From Kudoa neothunni (taxonomy: Eukaryota; Animalia; Cnidaria), in contig OZ199838.1 in NCBI GenBank assembly GCA_964304625.1, positions 62,001 to 126,000 of the forward strand: a stretch of DNA of 64,000 bases. Direction: 5' to 3'. The position numbers were made by a program, and so were the translations under genes. Under the pieces are notes generated by a model. That model was not told the DNA's origin and made no database searches. It saw only the letters and a list, made by a program, of their open reading frames with translations. Shown here in pieces: positions 12,630 to 26,499 of this stretch (within the stretch, counting starts at the first letter, position 1; each line of letters starts with the position of its first letter).

Positions 12630-13028
12630 GAACAGATAGCTCATCGGTGTGACATTCGGGCTCAGACTACTGCTTCCGTGTGATGGTGGGTCTCTATCCT
12701 AAATTTGGGAGCTGTGGTCAAAGTGTACCTTCGTTGTGAAGTTTGGTGCACTAGCAGCCAAATTCGCGTGAATAGGAGTTTGAATCGCTGGAACCCATCG
12801 AAAAGAAAATAATTTTCAGGCTTCATGGAATCAACGTCCTTAAAGGGATAGGGTTTGGTGTGGTGGTCGCACTGAGAAGAGGATGTTTAGTGAATTAAAG
12901 TCCCGCAATAATGCATAAAGATAAGGTACTGGGTTTCAAGTTACGTCCTGCGGTGCTTATAGCGTTAATGGTAAAGGTCTGACCAACCAGAATTCCACAA
13001 CCTAATAAGTAGTTTCACCAGAGGTTTT
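12630..13028 (+). ncRNA. Candidate structured Pol III RNA or tRNA-headed SINE
   Basis: GC-rich island without ORF; upstream TATTTATAAATA, A-box-like TAGCTCATCGG, weak B-box-like GGTCTCTATCC, nested complementary segments. Confidence 0.4.
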
Positions 13029-14129
13029 ACATTGTCAACGAAAAAGAAAGTTATTATAAATTTCCAAAAAATCTATGATCACATATTTCTTGCCATATAC
13101 TGAACTTTTTGTGGCCATTCTGAAGTCTCGCTGTATCCGGTCATCTATCTCAAAAAGTCCCCCTATATGAAATAACTTCGTTTTAGGGAAGAATTGTTAG
13201 GATTAAAATATTTTTAAATATTTTTTCACATTTATTCTTATAAACAACTTGTTGAGTATTAACATTATTGATTCGTGTGCGATTGGGCGCACAACCTATT
13301 TTTGAATTAAAACACGTGTTTCTTTTGTAATAAAAATATATAACACAACTAAAATTTGAGAATGATTAAAATAATTATGAAATTAATAGTAAACGTGTTC
13401 ACATTCAAACAACGCTATATTAAGCCATGATACATCCAGGTCCTTTTGTCTATGTATGTACACATTTGTATTTATTCATATTTCATACGATAAGAATTGT
13501 TGATTGAAATCTGTGATGAATTAGCGGATTGTATGATGAGGTGAAGATTATTTTTATTGAATGGATCTATCTGAATATAAATCCAGTTAACGTAATTATG
13601 GATTATTTCATTTAACGTTAATTGATTACTTCCTCCTATACAGTTAGAACGGATATAATGACGAATTTTCTATTATAATGGATTTATTATTAAGCGTGTG
13701 AAATTAATTATCCAAAAACCATAATTTTCATGGATTGAAAACACTAGTTAATTCATTCATAATTTCGTATCTAATCACGAAATATTTATTCTCCACTGAT
13801 TTCAAAGAAAAATTGTGTTTAAAGTAAATTAGAATTTCACATAAAAAATAATAATTAAATATCGTAAGCAAAATACACATACATATACATAATAGAATAC
13901 ATATTCTTAATCACAATTGAAAATCATGAATTATATCTATTATTTAACATATTTAGTTTTTGTATGAAAGAATAAATTGGAATTATTTAAATAGATTCCA
14001 ATTTTAAATAAAACTTGAATAGGTTGAATGATGTTTTTCGTGTATATAATTCCGATATCATAATAACTTAATAAACGAATATAACAAACTAGTAAGTAAG
14101 GCCAAAGGACATAGCAAAAATTTTCAACT

Positions 14130-17100
14130 ATGTTCAATCAATTAATATGTAAACAACATTATTTGTTAGAGTGACTAATTAGTTGCGTAGACTCCGTGTT
14201 ATTGGTAACAGTGTTATCTTATTCCATTGATGATAAAACCCGTGAAGAAATAATGACGAAGTGCAAACGATATGAAAAACTAAGGAAAGACTATTTGAGT
14301 GCATTCAATAAACTGGAAACTCTAGCTAATGAGACAGCTCCAAAAGTGGCTATAATTCAATCAATGAAGAAGAGTTATGAATCCAATAAACACCTTTGTA
14401 CAACAGAAAATCTATCCAAAATAAATTATATCGACCAAAAAAATAAGTATAAAACACCATAAATACGATGCAATAAAAGAATTTCAAGCAATTGGCCGCC
14501 ATCTCCCGAATTCTACTCATTATCCTGGGGCTAACACATGTTGCGCTGTGGATAACATATGCTACTTAAATTGGATTAATTCATTCCAATTGATAAATGA
14601 TGTTGAAGCCGAAATTAAGAAGAGTCATAAATATTTAAATGACTCCAGTTCAATGAAACATTATATAAATAGCAATAATGTTTCCAAATGTCGTTTTTCT
14701 GAAGAAAGACGGAAGCTGCTACCTTTACTTGATGAATTACAAAAAACCATAGATAAATTTAACAACCATAAATCAATAATAGAAAGATTTCCAGAACGAA
14801 AACGATGCAAATTTGACAATATTCAGGGGATAGCGGAATCAGTTAATAACAAAATTAAAGAATATACTCAATACTATAATCAAATGATGAGTGAATTGGT
14901 TCCACATTTCAAAAACATTAAACCTCAGCTACAAGCTTTTATCACATCGAATTATCCAGAATTGTTCAATATGTACTTGTTGAATTCTCAAAATTTCACT
15001 ACTACTCTAAATAATATGGATAATGAGAGAGAGTTGGTCGACAAAGAAGCTGAAATTCAAAAAATTGCTAACAAATGCAGAAGAAATTTGGTCATCAACG
15101 AAATCTTATCTCTCACAAGATTTGTCGACTCAATTGACACAAAAAATTAATGAACTAAAAAAAGTGCTCGATTCGTATAAAAATCAAAAATCCCAAATTC
15201 AACAAGTTAAAAGCAACCGTTCGACAATTAGGCAAAATATACAAGAATTATTCCAAGTTACCAACAAGGCCATTCACGATATAACATCTATAAAAACCAA
15301 AGTTGATGATTTTATAGCACGAATCGAACAATTCAATTCAAGAAACGACTCGAGTAAGCGTTTGCAAGATGGTATAACATTAAAGGAAAATATCCAAGAT
15401 TTTTTGGATAACACAAAAGTTTCATTTGATAAAACATTAAAATTAAAGTTGGAACAAGTGAAAACATTGAATGATGGAATTAACGAAAATATTGGAAAAT
15501 TTGCAAACAACACTCAACCAATTGAAAAATGATAGTCAACAAACTTTAGAAACCTTTCAGACATTAAAATCCGACATCGAAACTCTAACAACAAAGAAAA
15601 TTCCCGAATATCTAAAACAATATAATAAAGAAAAATTGGACGCAAAATTCGCCGTGGAAAATCCAACCAACATATTGAATGATATTAATATTCGAACCGA
15701 GAAATTGATTAAAACTTTGGCATCCCATGAATCCCAAATTGAAAATAAACAATTAATAGCAATAGAAAATAGTTTGACAAAAGCAAATGAAAACTCTAAA
15801 ACAAATGAAGGATAACAATGATGGTTTCAAATGGTCACTCACAAGAATTATGTCCTCATTTCTCAAAACTAAAGCTGATAAATTATGCACCATGTTTTCT
15901 GATTTTTTCGGCGTTGCCGAAAGTGAAATAAGCCAAACGTTATCAAAAATTCAGGATTTAAAATCTAAACTTGTTAATGTTCAATCCGAAATAAACAAGA
16001 ATAGAGCACTCTTGAATGAAATCAGTACACTTTCCCAAAAATTAGCCAATGATTATACCAGTATTGTGGAAGCGAAAACTAGCCTATTAACTAAGACAAA
16101 TGAAAGGCCTGATACATTTGAATCATTCATGGAAACTGAAAAATCAAGTTTAAATTTTAATCTCGAAAGAGACTCTAAAAAACTTTCTGAAGATATCAAC
16201 AAATATGAAAAATCATTTGATACTCTTGGGAAAACTGTTGGGCATGCTGTTACTGAGATTTTTAAGGAAATTAATAATATTAAATCATTTGAAGGTAGTT
16301 ACGAAACAGCCTTTAAGAATATTGAAAATGTACATGAGAGTATGATGGATTCTCTTGGCTATGGATTGCGATTAGTCGAAATCAAGGATCAAAGTCGTTA
16401 CGATCCCATAAAAGAAGAACTCAAAAATTTATTTAAAAATTACCGAGAAACACTCGAAAAACAGAAAGATGTCCATAAAATAGAGGAAGAGTATTATAAA
16501 AAATCCATCGAAGAAGCTGGCAAAAAGGTAGATGTAATTAAAAAATTTAGTGCTAATCAAAAAATTATGAAACTACTGCAAGGAAAATACTCGACAGATA
16601 ATAATTTTTCGAAATTCCTCACCTTGCTACATGGACGTGCTACCTCATTGCCTCAAAAAGAGGATATACTGAAAAACCTTGAAAGCAAATATTTTTCAAT
16701 TTCAAACAGTTATCTCAAGAATAACATAACCTTGAAAGCCACCGAAAGTGCCATTACTAGTCTTCTTCGAGTCTATGATTTAGTTAATAATGATGAATCT
16801 GCGTTACCCGATATTGACAATGTGAATGTGATCGCTGATTTGAAGAAAAATTTTGATTTATTCAAAACTACAACTGATACTATGGAAGAGGAATTGGCAC
16901 AATTATTGGCTATCAAAAATACCCTAAGTAGTGAGAATGATGAAGAAATACGAAATATTGAGGGACACTCCCGAAGTGTTTCGATTGAAAAAAATAAACT
17001 TCAATCATTCCTTGTGGATCTGGGTGCATTCATGGAAAAAGCACCTATGATAAAAGAAGTTAACGAACAACTCACTGGAAAAAAGGAAGTACTTGATAGT

Positions 17101-18021
17101 TTCATGAAAACTTCCGATTCTGAATACGAAAAAACCGTTGATTTGTTGGCGGGGAAAAAAAAAGAGATATCAACTTCTGGTCAGTCACAGATTGAGTTTT
17201 TAAATAGAGAAGAGTCTGCATATTTAAAAAAGTACCAAGAATACAAAGCCGAACATGAGAAAATTGCAGCTAAAGGCGACGATAGAGATACTGAGATAAC
17301 TAACGAGATGAAAGTGAAAACTTCTAAACTGGAAACTCAAAAAGAAAGTTTGAAGAAAATTTTGGATGAGAATAAAAATTTAATTACCGCGTCTATTTTG
17401 GCAGCATCTTCGCATTATGATAATGAAAAAAGTAGGCTTGAAGAGGAATACACTAAACAAAAATCTAAAGCCACCGACATTAAACAACAAATCGAAGCAT
17501 TTTTAATGAAATTTGATTTGGAAACTGATGATAAAAAGTTTGATCGATTGGTAATGGAATTCAATGAACTTACCTTAGGAATCGATAGTTTCCTCAATAC
17601 AAATAAAAGTTTTGTTCAAATTAGCGAATACAATGTCCAAATCGAAGCCACTATTCCAACCGAAGTAGGAGACTTTATGAGAGATCTTGAGGATGCTATA
17701 AATATGGATAAAAATAATGAAAAGGATTTAAACAATTCACCATCAACTGAAACAACTGAGACTTCCACCGAAACGAAACATACAGTCAATACTTTTGAGG
17801 AACCCGTTGACACAGATGATTATTTGGCGGGACCATCTAATGACGCCGCAGCCCTAGGAGTGTTTAACGATGTATCATCAAAAGATTATTTCAAGATTAT
17901 TATGGCCATTGGTGCTGTGGTCTTGGTTGCTATGGCAATCACTGGTGCTGTAACGCGATACAAAAGCATCAAAAAGAATGATATTTACAATAAATGCGAA
18001 AATATTTTTGTCAAAGCATGA
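14130..18021 (+). CDS. ~1290-aa secreted alpha-helical/coiled-coil type-I membrane protein (needs four +1 frame corrections)
   Basis: ATG 14130, 42-nt intron 14149-14190, signal peptide MFNQLIYSVLLVTVLS; five ORFs in successive +1 frames; S/T/E stalk, TM IIMAIGAVVLVAMAITGAV, short tail. Confidence 0.8.
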
Positions 18022-18293
18022 TATTAGTATGATTATGTTATACCCGGAACAAAATTATTTAAATTATTATTCATATTTATTTCCATAGTATTATTAGTGT
18101 GTTCCGTTAAAACATGTGTTTATATGGCTTATTACGATATTTTCATTGTACAAAATTCCGGTTACACAATTGTAAATAATATTTCAAAAACCAATTATTG
18201 TTTATTTAAAATTATTATATACGAATTATTGGGATAATAATTGGTGCAGCTAATATTAAAGTGTTAATTAATGTCCATTTCAACGACACGTAT

Positions 18294-19701
18294 TTAATCT
18301 TTTTATTCCTGTTGTGCGGTATATTGAACATTAACTTCTCCTTCGTTTAAAATGAGCATTGGACTATTGTTTCGCATTCGTTACAAACACATAATTTTAA
18401 CCCAATTAAATGTATAAAAACCGTTATTACATTTTTTAAGAAATTTTATGTATAAAAAATTTCATTAACAATATTCAATTCTCCATATCACATTCGTCCT
18501 AAAAGTAATATGTTAATTTTTATACCGAATTATATTATTTTTTGGAACCAAAATTTTTACAGTTACAATATGTTGTTAATTAAATTGGACTCTTTAAATT
18601 TTAAGGAACTTATTATTATCTGAAATGATACGATTTTAAGTCTTGTCAGTAAACTGAACGACAGGAACACATAAACCTATTTTTGGACAATCGCAATGGA
18701 TTACGACATTTGTAACGATGAGGATAAAACTAGAAAAAGAACTTCGGAAATTATAGTGCTACCTGATGTCGACATATCCGAACCGGATACATATTCTGAA
18801 GACGATACAACATTTACATCATCAATATTGAAAAAAGTTTCAGATGCGGAAGAATGTTCATCATCCGACGATTCTGACGCTGAAATTGACATTGGCCTTC
18901 AATGGAAGAAACAAGGTATCAGTTCAAATTTACCAGAGGAATTGTACAACTTAAACGACGAATTTGAAAAGTCAGATCATTTAATTCACCCCATCGATTA
19001 TTTCAACCAATTTGTTGACGATGATTTTATTGAATTAATTGTAAACGAATCAAATTGATATGCCACACAAAATAATTCGAATTTCAAGACAAACAGTTTA
19101 GAAATTAAAATTTATTTGGGAGTCATAATTTTAATGGGGATTGTACGGATGCCCCGTTACCGATGCTATTGGTCCAACCATTTCAATTATTTACCTATTT
19201 CGGATGTACTTTCTAGAGACAGTTTTGAGCAACTCTCAAAATTTTTACATTTTAATAATAATGACAATGAAACAAACGATCAGTCTTCCCATACGTTTGA
19301 TCGGTTTGTCAAAATTAGACCTTTGTTAGAGCACTTGAGGCTTGAATTTTTAAAAATCACTCCGGAGAGCATAAATTCAGTCGACGAAAAATTAATTCCC
19401 TTTAAGGGTAAGTGCCGGACAAAACAGTATATATCAAATAAACCGACCAAATGGGACTTCAAAGTTTTTGCTAGATGTGGAATAAGTGGGATAGTGCATG
19501 ATTTTCATTTGTATAATGGAAAATCGCCTGTTGTGCAAGAAAGCTGTGGTTTGGTTTCCAGGGATTTTGTAATAAAATTATGTGAAAAACTTCCAAAGAA
19601 TACGATGTTTCAATTGTATTTCGACAACTGGTTCACATCATTCTGGATGCAACTTATATTGAAAAAAAGGGGAATATATTCGATGGGGACTATTAGAAAT
19701 A
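18294..19701 (+). mobile_element. 3'-truncated piggyBac
   Basis: Transposase ORFs 18696-19058 and 19116-19700 (SVDEKLIPFKG, YFDNWFTS, GTIR); cut by pogo element; left limit approximate. Confidence 0.88.
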
Positions 19702-20630
19702 CAGTAAGTAACCAATTTCACGCACTTTTTAAAAACCTATTTAGTTAGAATGTCGATCTGTCATTGTTTATATAATATTTTACTTATAATATTTCAATCA
19801 AAATTTTTATAAAAATTATTTTAAAAAGTTGCTAAATAACGTTAATAAAAATCGCGTGATTGACCAATCCACGCACTTTTTTCTGGTATTTCTTGTTTAT
19901 TATTTAGTTAAGTCAATATTTAATGCCATAAAACTGCCAATGTATCGCATTTTTAAATATTTATTATCTCGACTCCTAACGGTATCCTGAAGATAAAAAT
20001 TAAAATAATCAAAATCTATAAATGTTTGTAGAATCTAAAGATAGAAATTATTTACGCACAGGACAATTTAATTCTGTTGATGAAGATGTATATGAATGGA
20101 TTAGGTGGATACGAAGAAAAAAGATTGTAGTAGGCGTCGTCATGATAATCATCAAGAGAAATCAATTAGCCAAAGAAAAATGTTTACGTTCGTGTGCAAT
20201 TCGTTGGGGGTTTCGCTCTTTTAAAAAAAGGTCCAACATTAAAAAATCAAATTTTATTAGTTCGTCTACTGTTACTACATCTGAAACTACTTCGTAATAG
20301 ACCAATTAAATCAGAACATTTTTTAAAAGATACTCCGAAAATTTTATTTACAATGTAGACGAAACTACCCAATTCTACCGATAGCAACAAGAAGTGTATT
20401 TCATAGATCGATGAAAAATATTTTTGTGCTGTTAACACGTTACTCGAGTTTTAACTATCGTTTAAAAATTAATATATGGTTAATTAGTCTTTATAAACGC
20501 AATTTAATCATTATTAAATGCCAATTTTTCCTGAAATAATTGAGCGCGAATGTGTGAAATTGGGCTTGACCGGTTCTACGCACTTTTTTCCTTGCCCCCG
20601 AGGGGATTACGTGAAATTGTTTTCTTACTG
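19702..20630 (+). mobile_element. Internally deleted pogo/Tigger element, copy 1
   Basis: TIRs cagtaagtaaccaatttcacg / cgtgaaattgttttcttactg; TA on left; CENP-B-like HTH remnant VDEDVYEWI; homologous to 62534-63543. Confidence 0.85.
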
Positions 20631-23600
20631 TGGTCCAGTTCCTTTAGATATTTCACATGTAACTGTGGAATCATCATTCAAATTTAATGGCAACTTGAAT
20701 GCGCTGTGGGCTGTTCTACCATCTGGAAGTAAAGTAGCGACAATGTCTGAAGAAGCAACAACCAAAACAATTTTTGACTAACTTCTCAGCTCTGCTAATA
20801 ACAAGTTAATAATAAATGTTCTCCCTATTCCACCAGGAGTAGTATCTATAAAGAAGATATGATCATGTGCATTACCATTGTTAACATTATCCATCATGGA
20901 GTTAAATGAATAAAATTAATCTTTCATTAGTTTTGGTTTGTTAACTAACGCAAACTCTCTTTGAATTTCGTTGGAATATGGTTATCAAACGTTCTACCGA
21001 TTGATGGAAACCCCTATTTATCCAATGTTTCACCTCTCATCTCGATAACTATATTTTCGATATCGGTAAGTGCCATGTTGGAAACTATTGAGTTATATTC
21101 CACATGATCGCCAGGATTTTGTAACTGTATTTGATGTTGATAGTCTTCACACATATCAATTCCAAGTTTCATCCACAAATTGTGTGGACAACTCAATTCG
21201 CATGTTCTTAGAAATAGATCGAAAAGTCGTTATAATTGACGTGGTGTATTAGTAACAATAGCTTCGTTTAAGTGTTCTCTCAATGATTACCATCTTGAAG
21301 CGTACCACGTTTCATACATACCTCTCTATATGCTGAGTGCAGTTGACCATCAAATAATCGAAGATCTTGAAAACACTCTGGTCCTGTAATTTCATGTAAA
21401 AACATTCACTATACTTCGGATGTACAGTGTAAGCTCTTCCCAGCGTATTATCAAATTTTACATCGGCATGACCCTCCGCAGAAGTGTTTCTCTACAGAGG
21501 TTCCCATACCCCCTAGGGATGTGAAGAGTCATCATTGGAGGTGCGGGAGTCATTCAAAAATAAATTTAAAATTTAATCTTAGTTTATTCATTTCGTAATT
21601 TTCGTTAGTCCCCGTTTAAATCATGTAAGGGCGTAATGCGTACAATAATATTTCTGGTTGTTTTAATATCAATCAGTTTTGATTCAAAAATGGGATTTGA
21701 TAACTTATTTAATTTATAATTTATTCCGTTTGATTCTACGAAATAGCGCAGTGAGGAAATAGTTTATATTAGGCCTGCTCAACCTACAAAATCTAACTAT
21801 CGCTATTTTCATGTAAAATCGTAACTTTGTTATCTTTCAAAATAATATATTTATATGCTTAAGTTGTAATTAGGTTGTCAGCATTTTTGTCTACTTAGAA
21901 ATAATCTCTATCCATAAAAATACAACCACAATGTGGTTTAAACTTTGTCTTCTGTCCAAATTTTAGATCCATCATTTTATTGTATATGATTTATCATGTT
22001 ACATTTTAAGTTTTGTGCTTGAATTTATACCTGGCGTTTAATAAGAATTTTAACTAAATTTTCTTGAAAAATATTGGTACAACAAAAATCCAAGCATTTA
22101 TTTGTACATTTAAGTAGATGAATGTCAATTTTAACAGAATAATTAGTTTTTTTATTCAGGTACATTAAGGTAGCATCTGTTTTGAATTTTCGGAATCCTT
22201 CTTAACCCATTTTCTCTATGTTTAAATTAAAATATGACTTAATATAGAGTGAGGAATTCGATTGGTTTTTCCGCACTAGATGATATATGATACGAGCTTA
22301 TCGACTTCATTATGTACAAATAATAAGTATCGGAAGTCATTAAACCCCGAAAATTATTTTCATGTTTCATATTCCAACAAAATCTCTTGCTTTGAATTAC
22401 TTATGAAAACCCAGCGAGAGAAAGAGAGACGCCAGATCAAATAAATACTAAATAACAGTTGATTTTGAAATAATGTTTCTTATGAACTATGCAAATTGAT
22501 TATTTTTAATTGGCTCATTTAATTTTTACCTTTAAGCACAGCGTTTATTTAAGCGACCATAATTTTTATAGTCTAATATTAAGTTAATATTTATTTTTTA
22601 CGTATAATATTTTGGAATAATTATAATAACATAATTTATTAGAATTATTTATTACTTTACATAAAAATGGTATATATAAACAGGAATGAATAATAGCTCC
22701 AATCATTGAGTGTTAATTCATGAGGAGTGAAAAGATAATGTTCATCCTTTTTCAATTATACATTGCAAATTGAGTTAAAAAACATTTTGGTTTTAATTTA
22801 TTTTAGAAGTAAATGGGGGAATTTGAAGTTAAAATCTAAACTAAAATAATACAAATACGATTTTAAGACATTTTTCGTTGGTATTATTTTCGCATTTAAA
22901 TATAAAGAATAATTGAGTCTTGTCGTTCATATAGTTCATATAGAGGAGGTAGTGCGAAATGAGCGCGGAAATTAGAATGGGAATGCGGATGTAAAATTTG
23001 TAGGGAAACACTGCTCTACAGGAATTCCTCTCTTTCGTCTAATTCATTTGCTATCTTTCCAAATGAGATAAGAGGGAAGTTGGTTATATAATACAGTTTG
23101 TGTCAACGAATCATTCTGGCAAAATTTGAAAAACGCTGTCTAAATTATATTTTTTGGATTTTGAATCTGATCCACTAATGTTTCTTCGTTGAAATATATC
23201 CCCTGTCCATTCTCCATATGGACACTTAAATGTTGGATTGCCGGATATCGATTATGTATATCAAAACCAAAAGTCCTCCAAAATGCCCCCAGCTACTTAT
23301 ATATCGTTATGTTTGGTAATTGGTGACTTCGTCAGCATTATTTGGCTGATTAACACAATATTTTGCATCATCGAACCCTTTGTTACATATTTACGAACGT
23401 ATTTAATGGAATTGACAGAGTTACAATACTCAACGTTTATATGTGCATTAAATATCTTCGATAATAACGGACAATGTGGTATAATCCATGTATTATTGAC
23501 GACTACATCATGACCATTCCTCATCTTGAGAGTTGTAGAGAATCCGCAATGACCAGATTGTCGTCTTCTGTAAAGCGGATAGCCATTTTCATCAGTTCTG

Positions 23601-25500
23601 GTTTCTACAATAAAACGTTTCGGATACTTCTTTGTACATTTACCTCCCTTCATTTATGGACTTTGTAGATTTTCTATACCACATGGATCATGAACCATTT
23701 GTTTACTTATAATCTGAGATAACTATGGATCTTTAGTTTGATCCGGTAGTTCAGCCGATATAAATTTATCCGCGTCATTTGGATGTAATTTTCTTTGAGC
23801 AATAATAATATGTGAACATGTGGCAGACCTCTTTCCTGCCATTCAATAGTATACATGTAGCACTGCACCTGGCCAAAAATCTTGATTTTCGTGAACAATT
23901 TTATGAGTGCCGATAACTTCAAATTAAACACTCTAGCCATTAGATCATGTCTTTCTTTAGCAGCCTGACCAGTGAATAATTCGCCCGTAACATCACTTCA
24001 CAACGGATTACACATGAACGTAATAAAAAGATCTGGACGACCGAAACATCGAACATAGTTCATCTCATCTTGCTTTTTTTCGTGCAAATCGCGGGGCGAC
24101 CCTGTGTAACTGGATGGAAGAATACACGATTTCCCCCGCTCCATATGAGTACCACCATTGCATATACTACACTACTTTCTTAAATGTATATAAGAGTCAA
24201 CACGAAACTCCTTCTGATGAGCTCTAATGTAACATAATCTCTCAGACTCCAACTTAGCAAACATATCCACAGCATATTGTTGATACAATGCCTGGAAATG
24301 GTGTAATGCGTTGAAATTATTCTCTCTCATCATAAAATGAAAAACATAAAAATCTTTACATGAGACAGCTTTGTTTGTCCCAACCCAAAGAATACCAAAG
24401 TGATAACCATCTTCATCATTAATATGAATTAATGGGTATTGCAATAGATCATATGATCGATGTGTATTATGGATTCGTTAGAGTACATTCTGTTTAGTTC
24501 TCAAAACAATGTCTCTTTTCCCATGTTGTTGATCTGACATAACAACGGCAACATCATTGCATAGTGGAACATTAAATCGTCTTTTGTGTTCTCCTTCGGG
24601 ACGATTATCAGCGTCAATAACTATTTTAAAATCATGCATAGATTGCATTTACAACGCATATTTGAAGCTACCAATATATCTGTGATGCATATATAACTTG
24701 TGTTGCAGTTCCAGAACAATATCATATCTCAATTCGGGATATATGCTCGTTCTGCTCTGAGACTGTAAATTATGATCCTCCACAGAGCACAACTGTAAGA
24801 ACTTTGGTTCCTCAATGTCCGGAGATAATAGGGATCCTATTCTATGACAAATTTGGCCCCCAACTTTGAATGTGGGCATAAAACCAGGTTCACAAACGAT
24901 TTCTGCCCCAAATGATGACATTTGAAATGCATTATTATATTTCCTGATGTTTTTCAAAAAGTGTTTAGGATCATCGGTATCTCCATTTAACAAAATTCTC
25001 AATAACGACGGAGGTTCAGGTGAAACAACTAACAACACTTTCCCCCCAGAACGACATTAACCAATCGATTCGCTTTGCCATTTTTTAACAAAGCATATTA
25101 GACAGACATCGTTCATTTTTCCAATATTTATATTTTTATCGCTTGAATAACTGGCCTGGGGACATAACTCAAAGCAGCCATATTCCATGATACACCGATT
25201 AAAATATTGTCTCTTTGATAACGTTGAACCTATATATTCTGTGATGGTTCCGTTATATTTTCATGCTGACAATTTATTTGATTTTTCTGACTCATTTGTT
25301 TTTGTTCTTCCAGGAATCTCACTACATTTTGTGGAATTGTGAGAATGCGTCGATTCTTGTTTGCTATAAGGGTTCTTTGTCCCGTTGCTCTCTACTTTGT
25401 TCTCTATCTTGAGATCTTCTAACTTGCTGACGTAATCTATTCGATTCTCACCGCGAGCTTCTTTCTTCAATGGTCTCTTTCTGTCTTCTATTGGAATTTC
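20631..25500 (-). mobile_element. Decayed autonomous Helitron (Rep-Pif1 helicase)
   Basis: Rep motifs GRPDLFITFMCNP, IEWQERGLPHVH, SIKYVRKYVTKG; helicase motifs PGGIGRTF, ASSDIVATLL, GRTAHSAFKLP; many stops and frameshifts; 3' part lost. Confidence 0.93.
21482..23013. mobile_element. Non-autonomous hAT-type element inserted in the Helitron ORF
   Basis: TIRs aagtgtttctctaca / tgtagggaaacactg; 8-bp TSD ctccgcag / ctctacag; removing it restores RGIPVEGHADVKFDNTLGR. Confidence 0.85.
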
Positions 25501-26499
25501 TTATTCTGTTTTACTCTCTTCAAACTCCCTTACCTCAAACTTATCTTAAAAAATTGTTTATTCGATTATTTTTACTTTTTGGCGTTATTTTGTTGCGCAT
25601 ATAAATTGAAACAACTAATATTTCATCGATATTAATTTCATGTTTTGGTTAATTTTTTGATTCATAATTAGTTATGCTTCATTTATCTATCCTTTAATAA
25701 TTTTCAAGTTAATTTTTAATATCTTATGACATAAAACATTATAATTTTAGACTTTGCAATTTGAAATGCTCAAAAAATAATATTTTAAGTGGCAATTAAT
25801 CGGTATGACTTATGGTTCGTGTCTATACAAACACACTATAAATTTTTAGTTTAACCTTGGTCTAAACTGGGAATGCAAAACTATTGCGTTACACTCATTT
25901 AGATTCATTTAACATGCTGAAAATATTGTTCAAACAACAAATTTTATATCCTGTATTATAGTATCTTTGTATTTTAGTCAAATTTCACACGTTAAATAAC
26001 AAATTATCTTCCTAAATTAAACAAATCCGGGAAGGAATCCTCCCCCCTCGTAAACCTGAGATTTCGCTATCTATACACACTTAATTATTTTTTAAATATA
26101 AAAAACTCAACCTACGTCAGACTTTAATCTACTCTGGGAAAAAGCAAAATGCCTGAGCGTGAGCTAGGGTCTTTTTACAATGCTTTTACGTAACCATTTT
26201 TTTATATTGTAACATTTTACCAAAATATAAAGAAAATAAAAAATCGGAGGAAAGGTTCCGTTTTATCCAATGAAATGTCATAAATTACAAGAAAAATTTG
26301 GTTACGTAATAAACGTTGGGCAAGGACTCTGAGCGTAAGCCAGGGTTTGCGTTAGTGTTAAAAAAGCGAACTATATTTCGAAGTTCAAAATTATTTTCGA
26401 GATATTTTTACCATAAATCCAATTATTTATAGCCATCATTTGTATGTTAAGATGCTTATTTTTATTTTATCATTTAATTAATTTTAACGCTGTAACCGC

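Noticed and set aside
12655-12990. Permuted RNase P RNA (TCAGACTAC and AAGGTCTGA resemble P4 strands)
   Set aside because: The motifs are in reversed order and the other conserved regions do not fit a circular permutation; kept only as a generic structured RNA candidate.
14430-15815. Tiny introns explaining the frame changes
   Set aside because: No suitable GT..AG pairs of 3n+1 length found in the shift windows, and coding-like sequence is continuous.
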